Assembly (NCBI GenBank): GCA_015488535.1
Contig: WFNP01000042.1
Coordinates: 4,210 to 68,209, forward strand
Direction of reading: 5' to 3'
DNA from: Nitratifractor sp.
GTDB lineage: Bacteria; Campylobacterota; Campylobacteria; Campylobacterales; Sulfurovaceae
Length of the DNA: 64,000 bases
Both the position numbers and the translations under genes were made by a program. Below the pieces are notes generated by a model. That model was not told the DNA's origin. It saw nothing but the letters and a program-made list of their open reading frames with translations, and searched no databases. Below are positions 61,939-64,000 of this stretch, in pieces; position 1 is the first letter of the stretch, and every line of letters begins with the position of its first letter.

Positions 61939-63012
61939 TTATACATCATCTCCCTCTTTGACATACGAGCCGAGGAATTTTATAGAATCTTTATGTTTTT
62001 CAAATATTTTCTTTATCTTTTCATCATCTTTGTGTCCGTCAAACTCTACAAAAAATATTGAAATACCACCTACAATATGAGATTTTATTTTTGTCAAATC
62101 AATTTTAGCCTCTTTAAAATCATTCAAAAAATCCACTAAAGCCCCTGGTCTGTTTGGAAGCTTTACCAAAATAGTAGTTTTGTCTCTACCACTTGGAGCA
62201 TTTTCAAAATCACTTACTATAAAAAATCTTGTTCTGTTATGACCCTCATCTTCAATATTTTCAAAAAGCATTGGCAACTGATAAAGTTTGGCAGCTACCT
62301 CTGAGCAAATAGCAGCACTGTTAGAATCTTCAGCAGCCATCTGAGCAGCTTTTGCAGTAGATTCTACAGGAATCTGTTCTACCATATCAAGCCCTGTATC
62401 AGATAAAAACTGAGAGCATTGACCAAAAGCTATATCTTTAGAATATATTCTTTTGATATCTTTTATATCTTCAGCCTTTGTAGCCAATACATGATGAATA
62501 TCTACCATAACCTCAGCGATGATTTTAAGCTCATAATCACTAAGACAGGTTATTGTATCACTCACTATTCCATTGAAACTGTTTTCAATAGGCACTACCC
62601 CAAATTTGGCTTGACCTCTTGCTACCTCCCTAAATACTCCCTTAATCGAGTGTATAGGTAGATATGAACTCATAGCCCCAAATTTCATCTCGGCAGCTTG
62701 ATGGGTAAAACTTGCCTCTGGTCCCAAAAATGCAATTCTCTCAGGTAATTCAAAATTTCTTGCCACTGCAAAAAGCTCTAAAAAGAGGGCATCTATTGCT
62801 TTGTCTGTCAGCATTCCTCCACTCTGTTTATTTCGTTTTTTAAGTCTATCTAAAATCTCCTGCTCTCTTTCTGGGCGATATATTGAAGCTCCTGTGCTGT
62901 TTTTTAATACTCCAACCTCATGAACATACTTTAATCTCTCATTATACAAATCAAGTAGCTTATCATCTATTCTATCTATATTTTCTCTCAACTCCTCAAG
63001 AGTCATAATCAA
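61939..63012 (-). CDS. pheA: Bifunctional chorismate mutase/prephenate dehydratase
   Basis: N-terminal CM helix LEELRENIDRIDDKLLDL, PDT domain (AFLGPEASFTHQAA, NRTRFFIV) and a C-terminal ACT domain. Confidence 0.9.
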   Translation of the reverse strand: MIMTLEELRENIDRIDDKLLDLYNERLKYVHEVGVLKNSTGASIYRPEREQEILDRLKKRNKQSGGMLTDKAIDALFLELFAVARNFELPERIAFLGPEASFTHQAAEMKFGAMSSYLPIHSIKGVFREVARGQAKFGVVPIENSFNGIVSDTITCLSDYELKIIAEVMVDIHHVLATKAEDIKDIKRIYSKDIAFGQCSQFLSDTGLDMVEQIPVESTAKAAQMAAEDSNSAAICSEVAAKLYQLPMLFENIEDEGHNRTRFFIVSDFENAPSGRDKTTILVKLPNRPGALVDFLNDFKEAKIDLTKIKSHIVGGISIFFVEFDGHKDDEKIKKIFEKHKDSIKFLGSYVKEGDDV

Positions 63013-64000
63013 CTCCTTGCATTTTTTAAATATGCTTTTTCAAGTCTAATCTGGTCTTCAAAACTCTCTCTGTCACGAATGAGTCGGCACTCACCACCTT
63101 CACAGGCAACCTCGGCAACTTTACCTCTTGTATTATAGTTACTAGCCATTGTAAAGCCATAAGCTCCGGCACTATAAACCACAATTAAATCACCATGTTC
63201 AGTAGCAGGAAGCTCTATATCTTTGGCTAAAAAGTCTCCGCTTTCACATATTGGACCAACCAAATCTGCTTTTGAGGTATCACTATCCTCTTTTTTATCA
63301 AGTAACTCTATTTTATGATATGCTTTATATAGAGATGGACGAATTAAATCATTCATAGCCGCATCAATAATTACAAATCTTTTATTGCCATTTACCTTCT
63401 CATACAATACCTTTGTAAGTAGATATCCGGCATTTGCTGTTAAATATCTACCCGGCTCACATACTATGGTTACATCAAGCCCTTTTATAGCGTTTTTTAT
63501 AGCATTTGCATAATCTTGTGGGTCTATTGTAACTTCATCTTCATATTTGATACCAATTCCACCGCCAATATCAAAGAATTTGATATCTATATCAATAGCT
63601 GAAAGTGAGCGAACCAAATCAGCCACAATCACAGAAGCCTCTTTGATTGGCTCAATATCTGTAAGTTGAGAGCCAATATGAAAATGAATACCAACAGGAT
63701 CAAGATGTTTGGAGTTTTTGGCATAGATATACATTCTTTTGGCTGTATCAATATCGACTCCAAACTTATTTTCGTGCAGTCCCGTAGAGATATAAGGGTG
63801 AGTCTTGGGATCAACATCTGGATTTACTCTTATAGAAATTCTAGCCTCTTTATTCATCTTTGAGGCTATCATCTCTACCCTCTTCATCTCTGCATCACTC
63901 TCTAAATTTATCATCAAAATATCTCTATTTAGTGCCTCTTGTATCTCATCATCTCTTTTACCAACTCCGGAAAATATGATACGATATGGCTCAACTCCGG
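63009..64000 (-). CDS. lysA: Diaminopimelate decarboxylase (5' end lies beyond the right edge)
   Basis: The frame stays open to the window end (...GVEPYRIIFSGVGKRDDEIQEALNRDILMINLES...). Also has HFHIGSQ and GPICESGD. The ATG at 63917 in the ORF track is internal. Confidence 0.88.
   Translation of the reverse strand, partial: GVEPYRIIFSGVGKRDDEIQEALNRDILMINLESDAEMKRVEMIASKMNKEARISIRVNPDVDPKTHPYISTGLHENKFGVDIDTAKRMYIYAKNSKHLDPVGIHFHIGSQLTDIEPIKEASVIVADLVRSLSAIDIDIKFFDIGGGIGIKYEDEVTIDPQDYANAIKNAIKGLDVTIVCEPGRYLTANAGYLLTKVLYEKVNGNKRFVIIDAAMNDLIRPSLYKAYHKIELLDKKEDSDTSKADLVGPICESGDFLAKDIELPATEHGDLIVVYSAGAYGFTMASNYNTRGKVAEVACEGGECRLIRDRESFEDQIRLEKAYLKNARS

Overview
This is an AT-rich 64-kb chromosomal segment. 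Its gene content and local gene order look like Campylobacterota (epsilonproteobacteria). I cannot name the genus without a database search.

I support 69 protein-coding genes and one tRNA-Phe. One gene is a 51-aa rpmF that falls below the ORF-track cutoff, and two genes are cut by the window edges. I saw no rRNA, CRISPR array, transposase, integrase or prophage.

Most of the window is core housekeeping:
- glcD(partial), a PgbA_N-like gene, a Csd3-like M23 peptidase and a Nudix hydrolase
- class II DAHP synthase and rpsU
- class V aminotransferase, hisZ, purA, DUF507, carA and ddl
- serS, a DASS permease and a TauE/SafE protein
- oorDABC and sucCD
- smpB, ispE, truB and pcrA
- a LysR regulator, a futalosine-pathway radical SAM enzyme, ribD and ubiE
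- pgi with a split pqiA, pqiB and pqiC
- a cysD, cysN, DUF2061-APS-kinase-like, cysC, cysQ, rfbC cluster
- a FadL-like outer membrane protein
- a Spy/CpxP-like protein with an OmpR-type two-component system
- gpmI, mraY, murD and tRNA-Phe
- fabH, plsX, rpmF, yceD and ndk
- a ferredoxin, metK, dxs, hisC, pheA and lysA(partial)

I found no convincing multi-gene novel system such as a defence island. The things most worth a second look are:
1. Families of GC-rich mosaic repeats, hairpins and a 19-nt motif that recur in the AT-rich spacers.
2. A membrane-anchored APS-kinase paralogue with altered motifs, sitting directly in front of a canonical cysC in a PAPS cluster that has no reductase.
3. A small beta-barrel gene paired with an 813-aa Ig-like lipoprotein gene.
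4. Two small AT-rich accessory insertions: an AAA-ATPase/PD-(D/E)xK gene and a HepT/MntA toxin-antitoxin pair.
5. fliFGH and csrA are missing from positions they occupy in Campylobacter and Helicobacter.

All family assignments rest on motifs read by eye and on remembered synteny. None was confirmed by a search.
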